The translations under genes were made by a program, and so were the position numbers. A model generated the notes under the pieces. That model was not told the origin of the DNA and made no database searches. It saw only the letters and a program-made list of their open reading frames with translations. Of a stretch of 64,000 nucleotides of DNA, positions 47,936 to 56,541 are shown piece by piece (within the stretch, counting starts at the first letter, position 1; each line of letters begins with the position of its first letter). The stretch comes from Candidatus Binatia bacterium (lineage in GTDB: Bacteria > Desulfobacterota > Binatia > Bin18), in NCBI GenBank assembly GCA_963664395.2, contig OY761159.2:2336001-2400000 (forward strand), given 5' to 3'.

Positions 47936-49414
47936 CTACCGGCTTACTTTTATCAGACGATAACCCTGCGGCGGCTTTGGGTTGTCTGCCTTGTCTACCG
48001 TCCAGTGCGGGGGCAGGGCCGGCAGGGGCGGTGGCGTGTCACTACAGCCTGAGTCGCTGCCGTCGATACGCCTATCAAAGTCATTGTCGATCCCGTCGGT
48101 GCAAGCAGTCGATGAGGCAACAGACTCGGGGTCGGGGCGCGACAGAGCGTTGCCCCACTCCTCAGGGATGCTCTCCCACAGGTGATCGAAAAAGGATTCG
48201 AAGCTTGTAGTCAATTGGGGTGACTTGAGCACGAGCGTATTCTCGTCGTTCTCGAATTCTCCAGCCCTGGTCCAATTCATCGACCCGACCACAACTGCAC
48301 GTCCGTCGATAGCCGCAGCCTTCATATGCATCTTGCCGCCCCAGTTCTCGACTTTGACGGGAATGCCTGCCGTGCGCAGCAACTCGTGCTTGGAATACTC
48401 ATTCCGGGCAGAGGTCGCGTCAACGATGACCCGTATGTCAACGCCTCGGCCGTGCGCTGCGATCAGTTCCGCGGTCACGAACTTGTTGGTCAGATAGAAC
48501 ACGGCCAAGTCAATGCGCTGCCGAGCACCGGCAATGAGTGTCTGTACGCCTTTACGCATGGCCTTGTCCTGCGGTGAGAACCAGACTTCGACCTGAGTGT
48601 CGTTCAGTTCCAGACGATCTACGCCGTTGCCCGTTTTCAACTGGTGATAGCGGTCGGCCCACATCTGCTCAAACTCTTCAGTATACACATCGGCGAGTTG
48701 GGTCGAGTCGATTACAGCCGCAACGTTGGCGTTATAGCCGCCCGTGCCGGAGTCCGACAGGTTGCACGAGCCGGTCCAGACCCAGCGCCCGTCCACGATG
48801 AAAAACTTGTTGTGCATGATCCGGTTGGTCGTGCTTTCATCGAACGGTTCCCGACCGGCGTGTGCCGCCACGAGCCAGCGATCACCCAAGTCGTAGGCCA
48901 GGCATTGTAGCGGCCCCTTGAAGCCTTCCGGGCGGGGACAGGAGGGCTTCCGAGGTTTCCAGTCGTTTCGTTGGTCCAGGATCGTTTCGGCGTCGAAATC
49001 GTTGCGGATATTCTTGAGCCGGCGGACCCATAGATCGGTGGACGTATAATAATTCCCGCCGTCTCGCTGACGATCTACTACGCCGCGCACGGCCACCCCG
49101 CGTTCTTGGGCGGCAACCAGGGCTTCCAGAAGTTGTGTTTGCTTGCGCATCCCATACACCGCAAAGTCGATGGAGCTTTGCGCACCTTGGATCAGTTCCA
49201 GTAAGCGAACACAAATAGGGGCCTCGCAGCGGTCACCGGGAGTTGCGAACCGAAGTGGGTCAGTAAACAGCAATTCGACCGGTTGCTTATCTGCATGAAG
49301 CGGCCGCTCCGGCGTGCATGCGGCCCAGACTCACAGGGGCATAATCGCGGCGAGGCACGTGAATCGGACTATACAGCGCAAGCCAATCCTTGAATTCTGT
49401 TCGTGCAGTCTCAT
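47936..49414 (-). pseudogene. Phospholipase D-superfamily lipoprotein with an in-frame TGA in its signal peptide; the downstream part 47936-49273 is open
   Basis: Two HKD motifs (HNKFFIVD, HMKAAAID). ATG 49414 is in frame and reads ...LAAIMPL*VWAAC, with TGA at 49331-49333. Confidence 0.65.
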
Positions 49415-49634
49415 GGCGCTCTTCCAAAATCGTCTCTTCAGCGAAGAGGAAGAAATAGACGCTGTTGGCGACGAAGAGTCAAGCACGTAAGGGGCGCGCG
49501 ACGACTACAGAAGAGTGGGGTCTCCTATCGGAAAGCCCAGCGACCGGTGTAGTCTAAAAACGGTGTGAAATATCCATCAAGCTGTGGTGCTGCCCTGATA
49601 GCGGCTTACCGTTGGAATGAATTTGAGCAATTTT

Positions 49635-50213
49635 TTAGGTCTTTGCTACATGTCTAGGTCTGTGGCCTTCAATACGCATAACTTTACCTTCACGTATGAG
49701 CAAACCCAATATACTGTATGATAGGTAATCTTTTTGATTGCCTTGATAATCACTCCGTAAGCCAAGCAGGCTTGCCGCATCAGAATTTAGAATACCAGCC
49801 GGATTCGCTTTTGCTAATTCATATACTGATGATTTCAGCAACCCAAGACCAAGTTGGGCTCTTTCAACGGCCCCCTGGGGCACAACAACACCAGGGCGTT
49901 CTTTTCCCGCCGTACCACTCGGTACAACAGCGTTCGTTAAAATACCTTCTGTTTCCTCGGTCCCGAACGCTGAGATAAGCTCAGATTCCAATTTTAAAGC
50001 CTGAATTTCTGTTAGATCATCTATCAGAATATCGACCAATGGCTCCATTCCAGAATTTCTTATTCTCTTAATCCGGGTGTACTTTCTTGTATTGTCTGGT
50101 TTTACCAGATGATCAAATGCTCTACTTCCCGTTCCTTTCCCGATATAGAATGGCTGCGCAGGATTCGAGCTTGGATCTTTTAGAGCATAAACATAATAGA
50201 AATTTGTAGCCAT
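49635..50213 (-). CDS. GIY-YIG domain protein (LEM-3-like type), AT-rich
   Basis: YYVYALKDP...FYIGKGTGSR, ALKLESELI and LTN. Visibly lower GC than its neighbours. Confidence 0.82.
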   Translation of the reverse strand: MATNFYYVYALKDPSSNPAQPFYIGKGTGSRAFDHLVKPDNTRKYTRIKRIRNSGMEPLVDILIDDLTEIQALKLESELISAFGTEETEGILTNAVVPSGTAGKERPGVVVPQGAVERAQLGLGLLKSSVYELAKANPAGILNSDAASLLGLRSDYQGNQKDYLSYSILGLLIREGKVMRIEGHRPRHVAKT

Positions 50214-50399
50214 AATCTTTCCCATTCAGCCTGCAAGCTTTGTGTCACCTGTAACAATATCCTGGGCGTCCGTCAGGCATATGGCAAACAGCGTGACAAG
50301 CGAATCAGTGCAGTCTTCATACTGATCCGCGGTTTTTGACTGCGTTGGTCATGAATCGATCGGGAGCGGAGGGGTGGGCGGATAATACCGGGCGGAAGG

Positions 50400-51686
50400 T
50401 TACTGGCCCATGCGTCCAAAATCAATCTGGATATTGGAATAAACCTCGCTCAGGCTGGAGATGTGCTCCCAGGGGACGCCTAAGCCTTCGCGGCTATTCC
50501 CCATCATGATGGGTTGCAGATCTTCGACGGCAAGCGGCTGGGCATCGGTGAAGACGAGTACGCCGGCCGCGGTAATCTGGGGCTGGTCGAACTCGATGAA
50601 TCGATCCGTCTCCCAGATAGCATCCTGCATCGTCAGCATCAGCATCTTTGTTTCGCCCGGTTGGAGCAGTCCGTCGGGCTCCACCTGCATCGCCGGAATC
50701 TCGCTTTGCGTATCCGGATAGAGATCGTGTGTGGCGGGATTAATGAAAGACAAATAACTGGTCGTGAACTTGCGTAAGACCACCGCTTGATCCGAGGTGT
50801 TGGTCGCTTCAACCTGCATACTCATGGACCGCTTGGTTGTGTTATAGCGCAACTCTTTGACCGTAGTCTGGACGGCACTCGGATGGGACAGACTGGACAG
50901 GTCCCACATTCTGGCCGTCTGGTGTGGAATGATCGGCGGGCGCCCCGAGTTCGTGACCCACAGCCCTCCGACAATCAGGACAACCAAAACCACCCCGAAA
51001 ATAAGAGACGTTCGACGATCAGCGGGAGTGATTTGTTCCTCATCAACGCCTTTCAACAGGAGCGCGTAACGGACGAGCAGCGGCCGTCTGGCCCAATAGC
51101 CGAGCCAGGCGAGCCCAAGAATCCCGAACACGACATGCCAGCCGACAACCCGTCCAAACCCGTAGTGCTCCAGGTCTATGGTCTCACCGGTTGCCGGAAT
51201 CTGTACGGTATAGGACGGCGGGGCGTCACCCGGAACAACTGTGATCCACTTGGCCGGACCAACCAGCCCGCCCGTACCGGACAGATTGACCATTGGATGG
51301 ATATGATAACGGCCCGGCTCTCGCGCTTGGAGGATCATCTTAAAATCGTAGATCCCTCCTAACTCGACATTAAACGCGTTCTGGATAAAGCGATCATTCA
51401 CCCAGCGTTCGCGTACGGCGAGTTTCGGGCCCGGAACCAGGATACCGATCCACGCCAACTCCGGCGTGGTCAGTATCCGCGGCCAGGAATTCATCACTCT
51501 GAACTTGCCGGTGACGGTCATGGTCTCGTTAACGGCGAGTCGCTCGTGCGAGAACTCCACATTAAAAAATGAGACCCCGCGCATGCGGACAAAGGGTTCG
51601 AGGTTGTGCTCACCATGAGCCTGGGCAACGGGCGCATAGACAAACGAAGCCGCAGCAAGGCCGAGGGCCAGGATGACAGAAATCAA
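50400..51686 (-). CDS. xmoB: Copper membrane monooxygenase subunit B (PmoB/AmoB-like); 5' end uncertain
   Basis: Signal peptide ending AQA, then HGE. EPFVRMR, PGP, YDFK..LQAREPGRYHIHPM, two TMs and a second cupredoxin-like domain (DAIWETDR). Confidence 0.92.
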   Translation of the reverse strand: MISVILALGLAAASFVYAPVAQAHGEHNLEPFVRMRGVSFFNVEFSHERLAVNETMTVTGKFRVMNSWPRILTTPELAWIGILVPGPKLAVRERWVNDRFIQNAFNVELGGIYDFKMILQAREPGRYHIHPMVNLSGTGGLVGPAKWITVVPGDAPPSYTVQIPATGETIDLEHYGFGRVVGWHVVFGILGLAWLGYWARRPLLVRYALLLKGVDEEQITPADRRTSLIFGVVLVVLIVGGLWVTNSGRPPIIPHQTARMWDLSSLSHPSAVQTTVKELRYNTTKRSMSMQVEATNTSDQAVVLRKFTTSYLSFINPATHDLYPDTQSEIPAMQVEPDGLLQPGETKMLMLTMQDAIWETDRFIEFDQPQITAAGVLVFTDAQPLAVEDLQPIMMGNSREGLGVPWEHISSLSEVYSNIQIDFGRMGQ

Positions 51687-51770
51687 AACACCCCCCTCCC
51701 CGGTCCTCGGTTCGGCCGCCCGACCCGGCCAGCAATACTCCTGTTCATCCTTTAATCCAGTAAATCCTGG

Positions 51771-52514
51771 TCAGGTTTGGCGCAGGACTTTCTGCAGCGG
51801 CATAACGCCGAGCGCTTTTCCTATCCCGAGGCCAACCCAATACATGATGGTGCAGGTAATGCCGGCCATTAACACGCTGATCCAGATACGCTGACCCAGG
51901 AAGGCTTGCAGCGTGCCTTCATCAATCCGTCGCAAGTATTCCGGTGTTTGAGGGCGGATGAAGTAATAGCCCATCAGATCGGCAATGGTAAATGTCTTGC
52001 CAAAAAGAGTAACCGGCTGGAGGAAGGGCATGAGCATCAGCCAGTTGACGGGATAAAAGAGAAACCCCCATAAAAATCCGCCAAACAGACTCGTCACCAA
52101 ATAGCTGCGTGACCAAAAGAGAATCAGGTCAAGCGCCAGCGCCATCGGAATGGTCGTCGCCGGCCAGACAAAATTGAGCGGATAATACTCCAAGCCGTAA
52201 AAGCTGAATATCCGACTCAGCCAGGCCCCAATCAAAACGAACACCGCGGTAAACGTGGCACCCAGCGGCAGGCGCAGATAGTACCAGGCCAGATAGTGGC
52301 CCACCGCGGTCACCAACATGGCGGCGCTCGGGCCGGCGATCGGCCACCACAGCTTGTCTTTCCAATCAACCCAGAAATCCCAGTCGCCCATATAGAGCAT
52401 GCGACTGACGTGGGGGATGACGGTGAAAAAGCCGACCAGGGCCAGGAGCAGCATGACATCAAAGACCTTGGCCATCTTGTGATGCCCAAGCGCGGCAAGT
52501 TCTTCGGCCTTCAT
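51771..52514 (-). CDS. xmoA: Copper membrane monooxygenase subunit A (PmoA/AmoA-like)
   Basis: GDWDFWVDWKD..WWP, RLPLGAT, YPLNFVWP, LFYPVNW and TPEYLRRIDEGTL. Confidence 0.95.
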   Translation of the reverse strand: MKAEELAALGHHKMAKVFDVMLLLALVGFFTVIPHVSRMLYMGDWDFWVDWKDKLWWPIAGPSAAMLVTAVGHYLAWYYLRLPLGATFTAVFVLIGAWLSRIFSFYGLEYYPLNFVWPATTIPMALALDLILFWSRSYLVTSLFGGFLWGFLFYPVNWLMLMPFLQPVTLFGKTFTIADLMGYYFIRPQTPEYLRRIDEGTLQAFLGQRIWISVLMAGITCTIMYWVGLGIGKALGVMPLQKVLRQT

Positions 52515-52559
52515 GATTCCCAGCTCCTCCCCGAGGGCAGTGCGTGGTCCGCCGGGGGG

Positions 52560-53366
52560 CTAGTTCGCCTCGGTTGATGCCATTGCTCCCAGGTTTTCAA
52601 AAATGCGCGGCACGGTCTTAAACAGCAGCGCAAACCCGGCAAAAAAGAAATATGTCGCCCAGGCAAACGGAAAATGGTAGGGCTGCACAAACAGTTCTTC
52701 GGTAATCCAGCTTGAGTGTCCCAGCTCATTAAACGCCACATTGGCGAACAGGAACCAGCCGCCGGCCGGAAACAGCAGATAGCAGATAGGGATGCCTTTG
52801 CCCCCTTCACCGACATACAGATGGTGTAAACGGTTATAGGCGTACCAGGAGCTGACGCCGGTCATGATGAGCAACATGGGAAAGGTATAGAAGAAGAGGG
52901 GAATGTGGCTGGGCGTAAAGGCCGTATCGCGCACCACGATTTGATGCCACGAGGCGTCTTGCTCGGCAAAATAGCTGACCCCAAAGCCGAACATGGCTGC
53001 CACCGCAACCGTGGCCCACAGCTTGCCGATGTGATTCAGCTCGTGCTCGGGGTCGATGCGCCCCAGTTCTTTTTTCTGAACGGCGCAGAGCGAACAGGGT
53101 TTGCGATAGGACGTAAAGCCGATGATGGCGGTAGCTATGAGGACTGCCCATTCGACATACAAGAGGCCCAGCCAATACGTCGCAAATTCGGGTGTCGTCG
53201 CATCCAGACCAACCGGGAACCACCATTTGCCCTGCCACAGTCTGATGAGAACCAACGACAGCAGCCCCAGGCCGGCGCCGATGAGCAGAAAACGCATGAA
53301 CGGCATCTCGCCGTGTGCGGGCTGCACCGCTCGCACTTCGGCCGTTTCGACCACTGGGCTTTCCAT
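52560..53366 (-). CDS. xmoC: Copper membrane monooxygenase subunit C (PmoC/AmoC-like); upstream in-frame ATG 53390 is interrupted by TAG
   Basis: GLD..PEF.TYW, SYFAEQDASWHQ.VVRDTAFTPSHI and NELGHSSWITEELF..PYH. Confidence 0.94.
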   Translation of the reverse strand: MESPVVETAEVRAVQPAHGEMPFMRFLLIGAGLGLLSLVLIRLWQGKWWFPVGLDATTPEFATYWLGLLYVEWAVLIATAIIGFTSYRKPCSLCAVQKKELGRIDPEHELNHIGKLWATVAVAAMFGFGVSYFAEQDASWHQIVVRDTAFTPSHIPLFFYTFPMLLIMTGVSSWYAYNRLHHLYVGEGGKGIPICYLLFPAGGWFLFANVAFNELGHSSWITEELFVQPYHFPFAWATYFFFAGFALLFKTVPRIFENLGAMASTEAN

Positions 53367-53555
53367 TGTTGCTACCTATGTGGCTGCCATCGGAGGTCCC
53401 TCCCTGTAAGTTGCCGCTCAGCCCCAAGGCTCCTGTACATGATCCCTGTATCGGACGACCCCGGAGCGATAATAATGCTATGTATGGAATATCAACCCTG
53501 TACCACATATTCTCCAAAATGTGCAAACGCTGAAACGCCAGATTGAGAAAAGAAA

Positions 53556-53942
53556 ATGGCAAGCAAAGGCCGGCCTTTTCGGACCGTCTCTTTTGAGGGT
53601 TTTGAGATTCTGGTGGGGAAAGGGGATGTGCAGAACGACCGGCTGACCTTCGACATTGCAGAGCCTGAAGACTTTTGGCTGCATGTGGTCAACGTCCCCG
53701 GCAGCCATGTTGTGGTACGCAATCCCGACCAACTCGCCGAACTGCCGCCCGACGTATTGCAGCACGCGGCCCGGCTTGCGGCCTGGCATTCCAAGGCGCG
53801 CGGCAGCCGGGGCAAAGTGGAAGTCCATATCTGCCGAGCCGCGGACGTATCCCAGCCGTCCGATTTTCCGCCCGGCAAGGTGCTGTTGCGCCGCTGGCAG
53901 AGTCTCAGAGTCTATTCGCTTGAGCCTCCCGACGAGTCGTAA
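53556..53942 (+). CDS. Stand-alone NFACT RNA-binding domain protein (DUF814-like)
   Basis: ILVGK...NDRLT, DFWLHV..PGSHVVVR and AARLAAWHSKAR. Confidence 0.85.
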   Translation: MASKGRPFRTVSFEGFEILVGKGDVQNDRLTFDIAEPEDFWLHVVNVPGSHVVVRNPDQLAELPPDVLQHAARLAAWHSKARGSRGKVEVHICRAADVSQPSDFPPGKVLLRRWQSLRVYSLEPPDES

Positions 53943-54054
53943 TGGTTGTTCAACTCTACCTCGAAGGCGTCCCCTGCCCGCCAGGTGAAACATATTCGTC
54001 AGCCGCGCGATACACGAATGCTATACTGTCCGGCGCGGTCGCCCCTGGAGAAGT

Positions 54055-54186
54055 TTACCCCTGCGGGACACGAACACTCATGGCCTCGTCGACCGCAGCT
54101 ACGACGGCTTCGGCCAGGGGTTCGTCGGCCCCGGCCTCCCTGAGCGCCTTGACGGCTTTGTTGGTGTCGAATGCGAGCGCAGGCAT
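54055..54186 (-). pseudogene. 43-codon remnant resembling the N-terminus of DUF1640/CCDC90-like coiled-coil proteins
   Basis: Manual translation MPALAFDTNKAVKALREAGADEPLAEAVVAAVDEAMSVRVPQG*. AGGA RBS. Not in the ORF track. Confidence 0.55.
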
Positions 54187-54319
54187 GTGCTTCCTGTTAC
54201 TTCAAGCGGTCCACCCCGCCAATGGTGAGTGTCTACCCCCGTACCAATCATTTCGGAAATGAACTTGTCGGCTGACGCTCGGCTTAACCGTCATTCGGGA
54301 CTACAGAGATCGGCACCTC

Positions 54320-55909
54320 TCATTCTCCCAGGAAATGTTGGATGAGTGTCCAGGCTGCTTCCTCCAGAGCGTCGACTCCGTTAGAGTTCGTGGTGAGGAG
54401 TACCGCAAAGTCCTTGTTTGGGGCAACATACACACGAGCGTGCGAATAATGAGGGTACCACCCCCCCACATGGTGTAGTAATGGTCCGTCCGCCCAGCTT
54501 CGCTCCGCCCCAAACCATCCCAGGGCGTAATTGGCTCCCAAATAGATACTCAGGTCACGGTTAAAGTTTTCTGATGCCCCGGGTTCGTCCTCCACGGGGG
54601 TATGCAGTTTTCGGAATGTCTCGGGTTTGAGAAAATGACTTTCTCCTCGGGCGCCGGCGAGATGCAGGGCAACAAATTTCCCCCAATCCTCAATCGAACT
54701 GTGAACGAGCGCAGCCGGTCCAACTGGAGACCTAATTTGCTCAATAGCAACAGTGCTTGGTTCAACCGGCGTACGCCCAATATGCCCGTGAGGTTGGGAG
54801 TTTGTCTCGAGGTTTTCTGGCGGGCCAAAGTCTGCCGACGCCATCCCAAGCGGGACAAAGAGCCGTTCGGCCATGAGTTCTTCCCACGACTTGCCAGTGG
54901 CGGCCTCGGCTATCGCTCCGGCGATAACATAGCCGGCGACCTCTGAATATTCCCAGCGTGACCCTGGCGGGACTTCTGGGGCTTGTTGTAGCACCAACTC
55001 AACCATCTGAAGGCGTTGCTCAATTATCGTCCCAGTCAGAGGATGCTCAGGATCGATCAGATCCTCAGCCGGCAACCGAGGCAGGCTGGAGCGATGGGCG
55101 AGCAACTGCTCAACGGTCACGGCCTGCCACGCAGCATCAATTGTACCGAGCAGGTCGGGGAATGCTTCGCCGATAGTCGTCTGCCAGGAGAGGACTCCCT
55201 CTTCCACAAGCAGGGCAATCAGCGTGGCGGTCATGGCTTTGCTACATGAAAAAAGCCGCCAGCGGTCCTGCACCGTCACCCGCTCGGGGGAGCCGACACG
55301 TCGCACCCCAACAGCGCCCAGACCAATCAGTTCCCCAGCGTGGACAATGCCGCCCGCCAGGGCTGGAAGCTCGTACTTCTGACGAATCGGCTCAAGCAAG
55401 TCATTCAGGTTCTCTGGCCCAACCCCCTCCCTGGTCATCTCCAACTCCAGATGTTGGGTACTCTGATTCCACGCAAACGTTGAGGTCTCGCCTGTTGCGG
55501 GGAAATCCGGGACACTAACCTGTGCGCTCGCCCCTCTCACGAACGGCTCCCCCAGGGTCACCACTGTAAACGTACTCCGGGCAAACTCTACGCCATTATC
55601 GTAGGCCACCGCGGTGTGTTCGCCATCGTCCAGATTCCCCCAATTCCAGATGGCCACAAAGCCGACATCTGCGTCGCCACAGGCACCTGCATCAAGGACA
55701 TCAGTCCGCTCGTTGCCATATAGCAAGGGAATCGGGTCCCCACCGTAAAAACGGATCGTGAGATCTCCGTTGGCCTTACACTTCCAGCCTGAGATGACTC
55801 CGATACCTGAGTAGTTTAAGCCGTCGCCAGGATTCTCTAGCGTTGCAGTATGGGCCAGAGACGGAGCCAAGAGAGCGAAGACAATACAGATGCGGATCAG
55901 GGAATACAT
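54320..55909 (-). CDS. Secreted serine hydrolase (beta-lactamase/PBP-like fold) fused to an uncharacterised N-terminal beta-rich domain
   Basis: Signal peptide, then a ~135-aa module (LENP..SGIGVISGWKC...). Catalytic SCSK, YSE and HVG motifs, LLAHRSSL. Confidence 0.82.
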   Translation of the reverse strand: MYSLIRICIVFALLAPSLAHTATLENPGDGLNYSGIGVISGWKCKANGDLTIRFYGGDPIPLLYGNERTDVLDAGACGDADVGFVAIWNWGNLDDGEHTAVAYDNGVEFARSTFTVVTLGEPFVRGASAQVSVPDFPATGETSTFAWNQSTQHLELEMTREGVGPENLNDLLEPIRQKYELPALAGGIVHAGELIGLGAVGVRRVGSPERVTVQDRWRLFSCSKAMTATLIALLVEEGVLSWQTTIGEAFPDLLGTIDAAWQAVTVEQLLAHRSSLPRLPAEDLIDPEHPLTGTIIEQRLQMVELVLQQAPEVPPGSRWEYSEVAGYVIAGAIAEAATGKSWEELMAERLFVPLGMASADFGPPENLETNSQPHGHIGRTPVEPSTVAIEQIRSPVGPAALVHSSIEDWGKFVALHLAGARGESHFLKPETFRKLHTPVEDEPGASENFNRDLSIYLGANYALGWFGAERSWADGPLLHHVGGWYPHYSHARVYVAPNKDFAVLLTTNSNGVDALEEAAWTLIQHFLGE

Positions 55910-56006
55910 AAAGACTTCCTCGTAGTACTGATAGAGAAACGGCTTACTCTACCCAAAGATATAAGCTCACTATTTATACGGGGTTATTCGGATCATTCCA
56001 GCCTTG

Positions 56007-56026
56007 TACCTTTGTACATAAAGGTA
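56007..56026. promoter_or_regulatory. Palindrome overlapping the XRE gene start (possible autoregulatory operator)
   Basis: TACCTTT-GTACAT-AAAGGTA. Confidence 0.5.
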
Positions 56027-56343
56027 TGGACAGAAAAATTCAGGTCGGACGGCGGGTCAGAAATCTGCGTAAACTCCGCAAACTCTCTCAGGAAGCGCTG
56101 GCTGATAGAGTGTCAACGAGCGCCAAATATCTCAGCCGGATCGAGATAGGAAACGAGAACCCTACCATAGACCTGCTGTTTCGGCTGGCGGATGGCTTGA
56201 GTGTCGAACCCTACGAAATGTTGTGTTTTGAAGAAGGTGAGCCGGTACGCCAATTACGGACAAGAGCGGCGAAGCTCATAGACGAAGTTCCAGACAAGGA
56301 CATCGCGCGGGTTGTCGGACTGCTCGAAGCCGTACTGCACTAA
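56026..56343 (+). CDS. XRE-family HTH transcriptional regulator
   Basis: GRRVRNLRK..LSQEALA..YLSRIEIG.ENPT. Confidence 0.9.
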   Translation: MDRKIQVGRRVRNLRKLRKLSQEALADRVSTSAKYLSRIEIGNENPTIDLLFRLADGLSVEPYEMLCFEEGEPVRQLRTRAAKLIDEVPDKDIARVVGLLEAVLH

Positions 56344-56410
56344 GAGCGGAATCCGAAGCTCTGAAAAATCTAGCCCATTTTACGATAGGCTCTCGCCACG
56401 CAGGGGGCCC

Positions 56411-56486
56411 CGTCATGCCGGACGTGATCCGGCATCCAGAGGGCAGGGGGCCGAGAGCCTGGATTCCGGCCTGCGCCGGAATGACG
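56411..56486. repeat. REP-like composite palindrome, copy 2
   Basis: cgtcatgccggacgtgatccggcatccag...ctggattccggcctgcgccggaatgacg. The first arm is the reverse complement of the last arm of the 32331-32405 copy. Confidence 0.8.
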
Positions 56487-56541
56487 TTGCTGGTGGATAC
56501 ACAGCATCGTAAAGTGCCCTAGCCGTATAGATTACCCCCGT

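Noticed and set aside
49331-49333. The PLD TGA as selenocysteine
   Set aside because: It lies in a signal-peptide h-region, not a catalytic position, and I could not identify a convincing SECIS.
50400-53366. Naming the operon pmoCAB or amoCAB and calling the organism a methanotroph or nitrifier
   Set aside because: Motifs establish the family but not the substrate, and no supporting pathway genes are in the window.
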